Virus record (IMG/VR): IMGVR_UViG_3300029571_000006
Length of the DNA stretch: 19,848 bases
Source: a virus
Lineage: Duplodnaviria; Heunggongvirae; Uroviricota; Caudoviricetes
Strand: one strand, 5' to 3'
Position numbers and translations under genes: made by a program. Position 1 is the first letter of the stretch. Each line of letters starts with the position of its first letter. Positions 9,201 to 17,577 of the stretch are shown one piece after another. The notes under the pieces were generated by a model. That model made no database searches. It had not been told where the DNA came from and saw only the letters and a program-made list of their open reading frames with translations.

Positions 9201-9337
9201 TCAATATATCCGACTCGCTCTGAGGACTCTGTCCAATACTGTGTTTCTGCTGCGTAAGCCGATGTAGTCGGTAATGCAGTTAAAATCGTGGTCAGGGTAA
9301 GAAGTCCTGTACACACTCGTTTCCATATCTTCTTCAT
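6268..9337 (-). pseudogene. Sortase-anchored adhesin (signal peptide, thioester domain, SpaA/CnaB domains, two VaFE-type repeats), split by a +1 frameshift at 7671-7676
   Basis: ORF 7652..9337 has a signal peptide, TAYCVD...EQCVVW and 'ETKAPxGY' E-box domains. ORF 6268..7716 continues with Cna/VaFE repeats and PPKTG + TM + basic tail. Removing one A from GGAAAAAATC fuses ...ITENGK-IVDLTDE... into one ORF of about 1020 aa. Confidence 0.85.
6480..7256 (-). repeat. Two tandem intragenic repeats of about 387-390 bp (VaFE-type domains); boundaries approximate
   Basis: ACGGTCTGACCTTCAT..TCAAT.TCCTTATGCTCTG occurs at ~6485 and ~6872. The protein repeat is IHTTATDK...LVTFEELYD..NPEEP.KV.EHKDID.EGQTV. 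Confidence 0.85.
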
Positions 9338-9602
9338 TTTCTACAATTCCTTTCTTTTCAATCAAAAAAGACGTCCATCTGGAACGCCTGTTGTTGCTTT
9401 ATGCTGTTTACTCCCTGCTGTCATGCAGGGTATGGGAATCTCTGACCTGCCGAAAGAGAAGAGGTTCCCGGCTCCTTATTGTCTTTTCGGCTGGTAATCT
9501 GCTGGTAAACCAAAGGGGTAGGGTGTGGGGAGGGGAAAACAGAAAAAGGCTGATTTCTCATTGACCACCAACGGGTAGACTTTTCCCTTGGTGTCAAAAT
9601 GC

Positions 9603-10538
9603 CTATCGTTCCCTGCTTTTTTCCCGTTTCCGGTATAATTCCAGTGCTTTGATAATGGTTTCTTCCATTTTCTGCTGTGTAGTTCCCGATGGAAAGTATT
9701 TTTTCAGTCGGTTCTTCGGGATTTTCCACTGCTCTACCTGATTTGGCTTCTCTTCTGACATAATCGACAGCAAAACATCTTCATTCAACCTGCCCTCTGC
9801 TGAAAATTTGCGGATTTTAATTGCCTGTGCATGACTTGGGGTACAAGCCTCCGACTCCATGGTGTCGTACAATATCTCCTGTTCCTCTTTCGGCAAATAA
9901 GACAGCTCCACCGCCGGACGCATGGCAATTTTCTTGTTATCGACCATATCAAGAATTTCCGGTATTAAGTAGGTTAATCGAATATATCTTCTGATTTGGT
10001 CTTTACTTTCTCCAACCTCCTCACCCAATAATTCATCAGAACGTTTCCCTTTCAACTTTGTCGCCAGTGGCGACGAAGTTAAATCAGTTCTTTGTCCCTG
10101 TCTTTTCATGACATCTAACTTCATTTTGTAAGCAAATGCTTTTTCTGATGGTAATATTTCTTCCCTTTGAAGATTGCTGTCAACCATGACAATAACTGCT
10201 TCGTCATCACTGAGATTTCTTACAATACAAGGTATATTTTCTAACCCTGCCAGTTCACTTGCCATTTTTCTACGGTGTCCAGAAATCATTTCATACCCAC
10301 CTGTTGGCTTCTCTCTGACAAGAGCAGGAACCAATACACCATGTTCTCGAATACTTTCAATGGTCTCCACCATTTTATCATCCATTTTTACTTTAAATGG
10401 ATGATTCGGAAAATCACTGATTTCATAAACAGAAATATTTTTTACATGCTCCTGATTCTTCTGGTCTCTTTCTTCCTGCGTGGTAAAAAGGTCATCGGCT
10501 GAGGGAAGATTCATGTTTATTTCTTTGCTTTTCGCCAC
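9603..10538 (-). CDS. parB: ParB/Spo0J-family partition protein
   Basis: 'SIREHGVLVPALVR....GYEMISGHRR' arginine patch, 'DSNLQRE.ILPSEKA' and an HTH region; follows parA. Confidence 0.93.
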   Translation of the reverse strand: MAKSKEINMNLPSADDLFTTQEERDQKNQEHVKNISVYEISDFPNHPFKVKMDDKMVETIESIREHGVLVPALVREKPTGGYEMISGHRRKMASELAGLENIPCIVRNLSDDEAVIVMVDSNLQREEILPSEKAFAYKMKLDVMKRQGQRTDLTSSPLATKLKGKRSDELLGEEVGESKDQIRRYIRLTYLIPEILDMVDNKKIAMRPAVELSYLPKEEQEILYDTMESEACTPSHAQAIKIRKFSAEGRLNEDVLLSIMSEEKPNQVEQWKIPKNRLKKYFPSGTTQQKMEETIIKALELYRKREKSRER

Positions 10539-11319
10539 ACTGAATCACCTCCCTCGTAAATTCTACATACGCCTTTGCAACAGTTCCATTCTTGTCGTAC
10601 TCATAAATGCTCTGTCCTGCTGCACTGCTTTCTGCCGCTGTGATAGCCACTGGAATAACCGTTTTAAAAATTCGGATATGTTTTCCGTAATTTTCTCGAA
10701 GGCTATCCTCTGTTGTCCTTGCAAGTTTTGTCCTCATATCTGCAAGTGTTAGCAATACTCCATCAATCTTCAGATTAGGATTTAGCTGTCTTTGTACCTT
10801 ACCGATTGTTTTCATCAACTGCGTCATGCCCTTTAACGGAAGATAATGAGCCTGAACTGGAACAATTACACTGTCTGCGGCAGCTAACGCATTGATGGTC
10901 AACATACCAAGGCTAGGCATACAGTCAATCAGAATATAATCATAATCTTTTTTCAAATCTGACAGATACAGCTTTAGTGTCTGCTCTCTGCTCATGGCAT
11001 TTACTAATGACATTTCCATGCCTGATAACTCGATGTTGGTCGGAATAATGTCTACTCCTTCTTCATGGTGCAAAATGCCTTCATTATACACAAACGGTTC
11101 GTCTTGTAATATTTTCTTCATTTGCGTATCCAACGTAATCGGAAGATTATCTGCATCAGTCCACCCTAAAGCGGTTGTTAAGTCTCCCTGTGGATCAGCA
11201 TCGACCAATAATACTTTTCGCCCCTGATGTGCAAGACCAATTCCCAGATTTAATGTCGTTGTGGTCTTTGCTGTTCCTCCTTTCTGATTTGCAAGGGCAA
11301 TTACTTTGCACTTGGTCAT
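10492..11319 (-). CDS. parA: ParA/Soj-family ATPase
   Basis: Deviant Walker A NQKGGTAKTTT, VDADPQG, IDCMPSLG. Start 11319 follows GGAGG (track start 11355). Confidence 0.95.
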   Translation of the reverse strand: MTKCKVIALANQKGGTAKTTTTLNLGIGLAHQGRKVLLVDADPQGDLTTALGWTDADNLPITLDTQMKKILQDEPFVYNEGILHHEEGVDIIPTNIELSGMEMSLVNAMSREQTLKLYLSDLKKDYDYILIDCMPSLGMLTINALAAADSVIVPVQAHYLPLKGMTQLMKTIGKVQRQLNPNLKIDGVLLTLADMRTKLARTTEDSLRENYGKHIRIFKTVIPVAITAAESSAAGQSIYEYDKNGTVAKAYVEFTREVIQCGEKQRNKHESSLSR

Positions 11320-11347
11320 ATGATTTCCTCCTTCCTCGAAAAATTTA

Positions 11348-11436
11348 ATAGCCAATCCTTTTTACGGGACTGGCTATGTATAAAAATGAGCATGAAAAAA
11401 GCCGATTGATTCCTGATTGAACCAATCAGTTATGTA
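11348..11436 (-). repeat. Two tandem hairpins related to the hairpin at 258-307
   Basis: Plus strand ATAGCCAATCC...GGACTGGCTATGTA (11348-11380) and GCATGAAAAAAGCCGATTGATTCC...GAACCAATCAGTTATGTA (11390-11436). Confidence 0.6.
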
Positions 11437-11482
11437 TTTACTCTATGCATATGGAACGAACCATTTAAGCGCTTACTAAAAA

Positions 11483-11528
11483 ATAGGGAGTATACACACA
11501 ATCAATTGGTAGTGATAAACTCCCTATG
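11483..11528. other. Inverted repeat in the parA leader
   Basis: ATAGGGAGT...ACTCCCTAT arms with further imperfect pairing inside. Confidence 0.5.
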
Positions 11529-11634
11529 TATGGATTGATTTCTTCCTACATATTGAAAATAATTATTGCAAGTATAAACTTTGTCAAACAAAACTTAAGC
11601 TGTCTGCGTAAAGCAAACAGTTTGCTTAGGTTTC

Positions 11635-13563
11635 CTATTTCTCGCAATTCTCCTGTAATAAATAATTTTCGCCTTCCAACTTGTAAAAAACATTTTTTTT
11701 GAACTCTTCCGGATATGTGTCTATTCCAGTTGTTAATATTATTTGATATTGGGTTTTCATTTCTTCCGTATATTTATCAGCCTCTGCCAATAAACCAATA
11801 TTTTTAATTAAATTTTCTTTGTCAATTCCCTCCTTATTGGGTGTATCAATCATTAAAAATTGGGGGAAATTAGCTTCATTTTTTAAACTTTCAATCAACA
11901 TTGTCAAAAAGTACATTAACCTTTTAGGAACAGCTGCACTTCTTTCACGATATGCTCCCAAATTTATATGAGGCATATAATCCTCTCCTATATACGCAGA
12001 ATAACAGTGTTCATCAGCACGTTTCATTAGACTAAAATAAACTTCGTCAAAATCCTTCTTCTTATTCAACATATCTTCTCTTGCAGCATTAAGGAAAGAA
12101 TCTACCCTTATTTTTAAGCCTTCTACCTTATTTCTTAGCTGAATCACTTGAGAAGCAAGTGTTTCTCTTTTTTTGGCCAAATCTTTTGCCTGTTTTAACT
12201 CCAATATTATTCCATTTAATTCTCGTTCTCGCTCGTCAAGTTGACGAATATATGCTGAATTATAATTTGTTGCAATATCCTTCGTCAATTCATCAATATA
12301 AAGCCTTATTTTTTCAATAGATTGTTCTGCTTTTTCAATATGACCAATTATTATTTTCAATCGTTGACTTTTTCTTTCTAACAACTGTTCAAGTGACTGA
12401 ATAGACTTTTTCTTTACTTTCAAAATGTCTAAGTATTCTTCATCCGTATAGAAAAATTTTTCATACTGTTCTTCTTCAATGTCGTTTCCACATATACATT
12501 TCCCTTTTTCACGTTCTACTTCTCTTAAACAGTAAGGGCACGTATTCGGAGTAAACAATTTCAACTTTTTATTAACAAGCCTAATTTTTTCAATTTCACT
12601 CAGTTCTTTTTCTGATTCATCAATCAAATACAAAATTTTATCAATAGATTGTGTTGTTAAATTTTTTGCAGATTCCCACTCTTCCAACTTATGTTGGTTT
12701 AATATTAACTCTTTTTTTTGTTGACCTATTAGTTGCCAAATTTCATCTGAATTACCTTGTTCTCTTGAAGCAATTTCTCGTTCGATTTGAACTTTCTCTA
12801 TCATTTCCTGATTTTCTGATATCATTGAATTAATATGAACAACATTCGCCAAATCATAGTCTAAAACTTCTCCAAGGAATTCATCATAACTATCCATAAC
12901 TGCTTGTGCTTTCTCAAGCTCTTTCATTGTTAATTTATACTGTCCCAATGTTGAATAATAATCATTGTACGTCTTCCCAAGCAAAATCTCGAATATTGCT
13001 TTCCTAATCTCAAGTGAATCTGACAAAAAATTAGAATTATCCGCTTCTTTATAAACTTTATCAACCTCCGTTTCTTGATCATGATAAACCAATCTCAATA
13101 AATCAGTAAAATTAAGTTTAAAGCTTCTTGTCCCTTGTACAATATCAAAAACGTTTATATTTAATTTTCCTAATATCCAATCAGAAAAAACCATAGTATG
13201 TTCATCACTTTGATTTCTTAATACACAAGTCTCCCTGACTTCCTCATCTTCTCCAACTACAAATATTAAGTTGTCTCCTATATAGCGTGTTAGCTCATAT
13301 TTTTCATCATCAATTTCAATTAGTAATTCTACGTAATTATTTGTATCATAAAATATCTCATTATGTTTTTTTGAATCATTATCATCATTTTTATTAAATG
13401 CTTGTACTCTTCCTCCCAATCCATAATAAATCAAATTCATGAACGTGCTTTTTCCATGCCCATTTACGCCTTCCATTATTACGATTCCATCATTCAAATA
13501 AGGAGATTCGAAACTATATTTATCTCCACTATACACAACTCTTCTAATAGCTAATCTTCCCAT
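11635..13563 (-). CDS. SMC/Rad50-like ABC ATPase of a second Lamassu/ABC-3C-like system
   Basis: Walker A GVNGHGKS, Q-loop-like YHDQ, coiled coils with a CPYC-x10-CIC apex, Walker B LMIDTP, IILTT. Confidence 0.85.
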   Translation of the reverse strand: MGRLAIRRVVYSGDKYSFESPYLNDGIVIMEGVNGHGKSTFMNLIYYGLGGRVQAFNKNDDNDSKKHNEIFYDTNNYVELLIEIDDEKYELTRYIGDNLIFVVGEDEEVRETCVLRNQSDEHTMVFSDWILGKLNINVFDIVQGTRSFKLNFTDLLRLVYHDQETEVDKVYKEADNSNFLSDSLEIRKAIFEILLGKTYNDYYSTLGQYKLTMKELEKAQAVMDSYDEFLGEVLDYDLANVVHINSMISENQEMIEKVQIEREIASREQGNSDEIWQLIGQQKKELILNQHKLEEWESAKNLTTQSIDKILYLIDESEKELSEIEKIRLVNKKLKLFTPNTCPYCLREVEREKGKCICGNDIEEEQYEKFFYTDEEYLDILKVKKKSIQSLEQLLERKSQRLKIIIGHIEKAEQSIEKIRLYIDELTKDIATNYNSAYIRQLDERERELNGIILELKQAKDLAKKRETLASQVIQLRNKVEGLKIRVDSFLNAAREDMLNKKKDFDEVYFSLMKRADEHCYSAYIGEDYMPHINLGAYRERSAAVPKRLMYFLTMLIESLKNEANFPQFLMIDTPNKEGIDKENLIKNIGLLAEADKYTEEMKTQYQIILTTGIDTYPEEFKKNVFYKLEGENYLLQENCEK

Positions 13564-14069
13564 TTTGACACCTCATCATATCCGAACACCTTTTTTTGCA
13601 ATGTTTCCAATTTCAAACTTCTTATTCTGGGAATTAGTTTTCTTACAGTAAAACATCTATTTAAATCCTCATCCAATATTTTCATTTCTATCAGATTGTT
13701 AAATGCTTCGCTCTCTTTTAAAGTGACATTAATATTACTATTTTTAATACTTCTGGTCAGCTCAACCATATTTTGTTTTTCTAAAAAAAAGAGAACTCTC
13801 TTTATTACAGAAACATTTAATCTTGAATCGCAAAAAAACTTAATCGCTTTATCACTATCAAAAATATTTAGTTGACTATGATGTATTAATTTCTGTAGAA
13901 ATATGATATTCTCTTCACTTTTTATAGCTTCTAATACTATTCCTAATTTTCTATAGTCTTCAAATGGTTTTTTGTCACAATCCAGAGCCTTTAAAATTGA
14001 AAGGAGTTTTATTGTAATAAAGTAATAATCTTCTTCAAGAATGAACATCATTCTTTTTTTACTATCCAT
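13551..14069 (-). CDS. Putative middle component (LmuC-like) of the second system
   Basis: 172 aa, overlaps both neighbours, wHTH-like 'IKRVLFFLEKQNMVEL'. Assigned mainly by position and size. Confidence 0.6.
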   Translation of the reverse strand: MDSKKRMMFILEEDYYFITIKLLSILKALDCDKKPFEDYRKLGIVLEAIKSEENIIFLQKLIHHSQLNIFDSDKAIKFFCDSRLNVSVIKRVLFFLEKQNMVELTRSIKNSNINVTLKESEAFNNLIEMKILDEDLNRCFTVRKLIPRIRSLKLETLQKKVFGYDEVSKWED

Positions 14070-15327
14070 TTACGTTTCCCCCTTCATCTAATGCCAAATA
14101 GCACTCTTGAAACAATATAATTATTGTTTTTCTTATCATATCTTGATCTTCAAAAGCTACATCGTATGTTTTAGCTTTATCTTGGATAAACCCATATGCT
14201 CCATGTGTTAGCTCTTCAATAAACACTTCTATTTCATCTTGTGTAAAAGCACTGTTTCGCTCCTTCAAGAATTTCTTTATTTTCTTCTGGCACGCTTTAT
14301 ATACTCTGTAATTATAAGCCTTTACCTGTCTATGATTTTGATGATGGCTTTGCTCATATGCACCATCAATATATTCCTCTTCCAGTTCTTCCAAAGAATC
14401 TTTTTCAAAATCTGGACATACGCACAAAAACTTTTCATTTATATTTCTTACATCATCACATTGTATATCATCCCATTTTTCGTACATTGGATCTAATTTC
14501 TCTTGTATTTTAGCCTCTTGTGCAAATTCTAAAAATAAAGATTTGATCTCCGCGACATGTACAATACGACATAAAAAATCATCTTCAAACTTTCTGGATT
14601 CTATCATATCTAGCATTTGTGCGACGATTGCAGGTATATATTTTTCATTCACATTATATTTAAGACATATCTCTCCCACTAATCTTTCGACATTTTTCCT
14701 AATTTCAATCTCATCAGCCTTTCCAAAATTCCATTCTATCAAATCAAAAAATTTTTTCCATTTTTCTTTATCCATAGAATCTAATATTTTTTCAAAAAGT
14801 TCTATATCTTCTTCTTTGTTGATATGCTTTTTATGTTGTTCTAAATAATATGCCCTAAAAACAGGCAGAACAAAAGGAAACGCTTCATCATATTTCTTTT
14901 CACACAACAACTGAATTAACGGTTCTTCTGGCAACGTCTCTTTTATTTTTTTTAATTCGCCAACTTTCTTTTCTTTTTTTATATTTGTATTTGTATAAAA
15001 AACAAATTTGATACTCTCAGACACTTCAACTGTACCATACCAAGTATCAAAGAAGATTCTTAAAGAATTCTTTACTTCATGACTGTTCATTGAAAAATCT
15101 GTTGAATACGATTTATTTTGTTCTGCCGTATAATTAGTGGTTTCATGCTCTACATCAACCTCTAAGACATCATCAATATGTTCAATAGTACAAAACACAG
15201 CCCTCTTATTCTCTAAAAGGGCCCCTAACAATCTCTCAGCAGCACGTATCTTTTGCAAACCAATGCCTTTGATACTTGAATCTGCATCTGTATTAATCTG
15301 TTCTGTCTGAAGTACTTCCTTAATCAT
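14062..15327 (-). CDS. Putative effector with N-terminal Cap4/DUF4297-like nuclease (LmuA-like)
   Basis: 'ADSSIKGIGLQ' (cf. A...GF.YQ), 'EHIDDV' and 'EQNKSY' form an E..DD...Q.K nuclease motif; RBS AAGGTGA. Confidence 0.7.
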   Translation of the reverse strand: MIKEVLQTEQINTDADSSIKGIGLQKIRAAERLLGALLENKRAVFCTIEHIDDVLEVDVEHETTNYTAEQNKSYSTDFSMNSHEVKNSLRIFFDTWYGTVEVSESIKFVFYTNTNIKKEKKVGELKKIKETLPEEPLIQLLCEKKYDEAFPFVLPVFRAYYLEQHKKHINKEEDIELFEKILDSMDKEKWKKFFDLIEWNFGKADEIEIRKNVERLVGEICLKYNVNEKYIPAIVAQMLDMIESRKFEDDFLCRIVHVAEIKSLFLEFAQEAKIQEKLDPMYEKWDDIQCDDVRNINEKFLCVCPDFEKDSLEELEEEYIDGAYEQSHHQNHRQVKAYNYRVYKACQKKIKKFLKERNSAFTQDEIEVFIEELTHGAYGFIQDKAKTYDVAFEDQDMIRKTIIILFQECYLALDEGGNVNG

Positions 15328-15421
15328 CTTCTCACCTTTATATGTACATACTTTTACTGTTCCATTATGCTATTCTTAGCATATCATAAATCATAAACAA
15401 AATGAATACATCATAACATCA

Positions 15422-15430
15422 ATTATATCA
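15422..15430 (-). promoter_or_regulatory. Extended -10 promoter candidate (TGaTATAAT) for the Cap4-like Lamassu operon
   Basis: Perfect TGN-TATAAT about 95 nt upstream of ATG 15327. Confidence 0.5.
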
Positions 15431-15725
15431 ACAGAATACATATTATTTTTAAGTATCCCTCACAAATCTAATCATTATCTTGCATATATACCCTTACACG
15501 AATTTAGGTCACAAATCCGATTCGCATTATTCCGTCCAAACCGTGTTTTATATCCAAATTATATGGAAATATGGATCAAATGAACGTTTCAGCACTGAAA
15601 ATAACTTGAAATCAGATTAAGAGACAGGTATTCTATAATATGCCTCACCATCTAACTTTTCTCTATTATAATCTCAATTTCTCTTTTCATCAATCGGAAA
15701 ATACTTCCACGACAACTTACGAAAG

Positions 15726-15955
15726 GTTGGGGAATCTTACGCTATCATACATCAAAAGTTGGGAAAATATTGGGGAGTTACACTACTCCCCAACAAAATA
15801 AAACAGGCAATCTTCGCCTACTTATTTCAGAAGAATGAGGCGAAGTTTCACACGCCAGTTGGGGAGTTGAAATTCCCCAACTCACTCCCCAACTTTTACC
15901 CAATTCCATGCATAAATAGCGATAATTTACGATAAGTCAAAATTTATTCCCCAAC
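15726..15955. repeat. Array of eight (A[C/T])TCCCCAAC-like boxes in both orientations
   Basis: Reverse copies at 15726, 15758 (GTTGGGAAA, degenerate), 15770 and 15858; forward copies at 15785, 15872, 15884 and 15946; central IR CTTCGCCT/AGGCGAAG at 15812-15845. Confidence 0.85.
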
Positions 15956-15959
15956 ACTA

Positions 15960-15982
15960 AAAAAGGTCCACCGGACCTTTTT
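15960..15982. repeat. Perfect palindrome AAAAAGGTCC-ACC-GGACCTTTTT
   Basis: 10-bp perfect arms with a 3-nt loop. Confidence 0.75.
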
Positions 15983-16001
15983 GTCGCATGCTTGGCAACG
16001 C

Positions 16002-16048
16002 AAAAAAACCTTGAATCATCCCATTTTCATAGGAAATTCAAGGTTTTT
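16002..16048 (-). terminator. Bidirectional-type intrinsic terminator
   Basis: AAAAACCTTGAAT...ATTCAAGGTTTTT perfect 13-bp arms with extra pairing inside and a U7 tract on the minus strand. Confidence 0.7.
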
Positions 16049-16083
16049 CGTTGATTTACATGATAATAATACGGTTCAAATTC

Positions 16084-16292
16084 TTATGCGAACTGTAAGA
16101 TTATGCGTTCATCTGTTTTGCAACTTTTGGATTACATTCCAGCCTGCTTTGCGAAGTATTTTTATAAGTCCTTATTTATCAGTATGTTACAGCATTATGA
16201 TTTAAGAACTTACGCAACTTTTACGCAACTATTTTTTGCCTTGCTCAAATGAAGATGCGTCAATTTCAACGCAATTTGCATTTTACGCAACT
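16084..16292. repeat. TTACGCAACT repeats, probable integrase arm-type sites of the phage att region
   Basis: Exact TTACGCAACT at 16210, 16221 and 16283; degenerate TTATGCGAAC 16084, TTATGCGTTC 16101, TTTTGCAACT 16116, AACGCAATT ~16268. All lie immediately downstream of the integrase stop. Confidence 0.7.
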
Positions 16293-16294
16293 GG

Positions 16295-17497
16295 CTATTC
16301 AAGGAAGTTCCCAACCTTTTCTACCTCTCTTTGACGTAAATCGTCTAATATATGTGTGTATGACACTGTAGTTGAATAGCTTGCATGTCCCATTATACTC
16401 TGAACGAATAACGGGTCAAGCCCTTTTTCAAAACAACGTGTTGCAAATGTGTGACGAAAAGCATGTGGATGCAAGTGCTCAAATACAACTGGTTCTCTAT
16501 GTTCTCGGAATGCTTTACTAATCTCTTTTAAATTGATATCCTGTACAACCTTATTGATGTCATGCACGATAACATATCTTGTTACAGGGGAACCAACGGT
16601 GCTTGTGAATACCAGGTCTCCAAGCTCAGGTCTTGCTCTCCATCTATCGCCGAGTCTCTTTTTGTATTCATCCTGTTTCTTCTTCCATCTCTTCAGACAT
16701 TCCTCTGTCTCTCCAAAGAACGGAATTGCTCTGTATGAATTAGATGTTTTTGGAGTCGTAAGTTCTTCTACTTTTCTTCCATCTATATATGCTGTCTGCA
16801 TGGATCTGTTGATATTGATTACCTTGTTCTCGAAGTCAATGTCCCTCCACTGCAGACCGGAGAATTCTCCGATTCGCATTCCGGTTAATAACAGAATCTT
16901 GTATGCCTCATAGTAATATCTGCCTTCAACCTCTTTTAAAAACAGGTCTTGTTCCCATTGCTTCATAACCCTACGTTCTCTGCGCTCGTTTGCATTCTGG
17001 ATTTTGATTCCCACACATGGATTTACATTGATGATATGGTTCACAATCGCAATTTCCATGCACTCATTAACAATTCCAAGAGCTTCTCTTACTGAACGAT
17101 CAGTATATCCTTTTTCGATCAGCTCTGTTGTAGCAGCTTGCATATTCATCTGCGATATGTTCTCCATGCGCTTATCTCCAAGTATCTTGCAATAGGTATT
17201 TCTGACTTTTCTGTCATACGTCTTCCTGCTTACATCAGATTTAAGCTGAGGAGATTTACACTTCTGGAACCACTCCAAGTACCATTCTCCAAACGTAACA
17301 TTAGGTCTGACATTCTTTTCGTCTCGTAACACTCTAGCCTTTTCAGCTTCAAAATCCTTTTTCAGCTTTGCTAGATTCATGTCATATATGTCTATTTTTG
17401 TGCCGCATATTACGGCTCTGGCTTCGTATCTACCGTCCTTTCTCTGACTAAATCCTCTACCAAGTTCTTTACCATTTAAGTCTTTTCCCATAATCAA
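16295..17497 (-). CDS. int: Tyrosine recombinase/integrase (phage/Tn916-like)
   Basis: N-terminal arm-binding-type 'QRKDGRYEAR'; catalytic R (TGMRIGE), K (PKT), HxxR (HAFRH), H (MGH) and Y (SYTH). Confidence 0.95.
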   Translation of the reverse strand: MIMGKDLNGKELGRGFSQRKDGRYEARAVICGTKIDIYDMNLAKLKKDFEAEKARVLRDEKNVRPNVTFGEWYLEWFQKCKSPQLKSDVSRKTYDRKVRNTYCKILGDKRMENISQMNMQAATTELIEKGYTDRSVREALGIVNECMEIAIVNHIINVNPCVGIKIQNANERRERRVMKQWEQDLFLKEVEGRYYYEAYKILLLTGMRIGEFSGLQWRDIDFENKVININRSMQTAYIDGRKVEELTTPKTSNSYRAIPFFGETEECLKRWKKKQDEYKKRLGDRWRARPELGDLVFTSTVGSPVTRYVIVHDINKVVQDINLKEISKAFREHREPVVFEHLHPHAFRHTFATRCFEKGLDPLFVQSIMGHASYSTTVSYTHILDDLRQREVEKVGNFLE

Positions 17498-17577
17498 TAT
17501 TCCTTTCTATATTGACTACAGCATCAACTTACACATATACATTACAATATTTTACGCAAAAATACAACTGCTAAGTT

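Larger units (their letters stand above)
1..15960 (-). mobile_element. End segment of an ICE-like/conjugative element with defence cargo (continues left)
   Basis: parA-parB, LPxTG-type Cna adhesin, radC and DUF3991/toprim backbone, with a repeat array at the right end. No T4SS, relaxase or cognate integrase inside the window; the boundary is approximate. Confidence 0.65.

Noticed and set aside
9421..9729. 102-aa minus-strand ORF overlapping the parB 3' end
   Set aside because: 127-bp out-of-frame overlap with parB and no recognisable domain; a shorter peptide cannot be excluded.
11555..11587. Sigma-A promoter for parA at the TTGACA near 11582-11587 (minus strand)
   Set aside because: The -35 is perfect but there is no convincing -10 at 16-18 bp spacing, so it was not called.
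1887..13563. Calling the SMC-like ATPases housekeeping SbcC/RecN or Wadjet/MukB
   Set aside because: No SbcD, kleisin/KITE or JetD partner; about 620-640 aa long and preceded by nuclease + small gene, which fits Lamassu/ABC-3C.
15981..16205. 74-aa plus-strand ORF in the junction
   Set aside because: Runs through a terminator and att-like repeats, has no clear RBS and no recognisable domain.
15726..16292. CRISPR array or tRNA interpretation of the repeat-rich non-coding region
   Set aside because: Repeats are only 9-11 bp, in mixed orientation and irregularly spaced, with no cas genes. The multi-stem fold is too long for a tRNA and lacks a recognisable T-loop and acceptor end.
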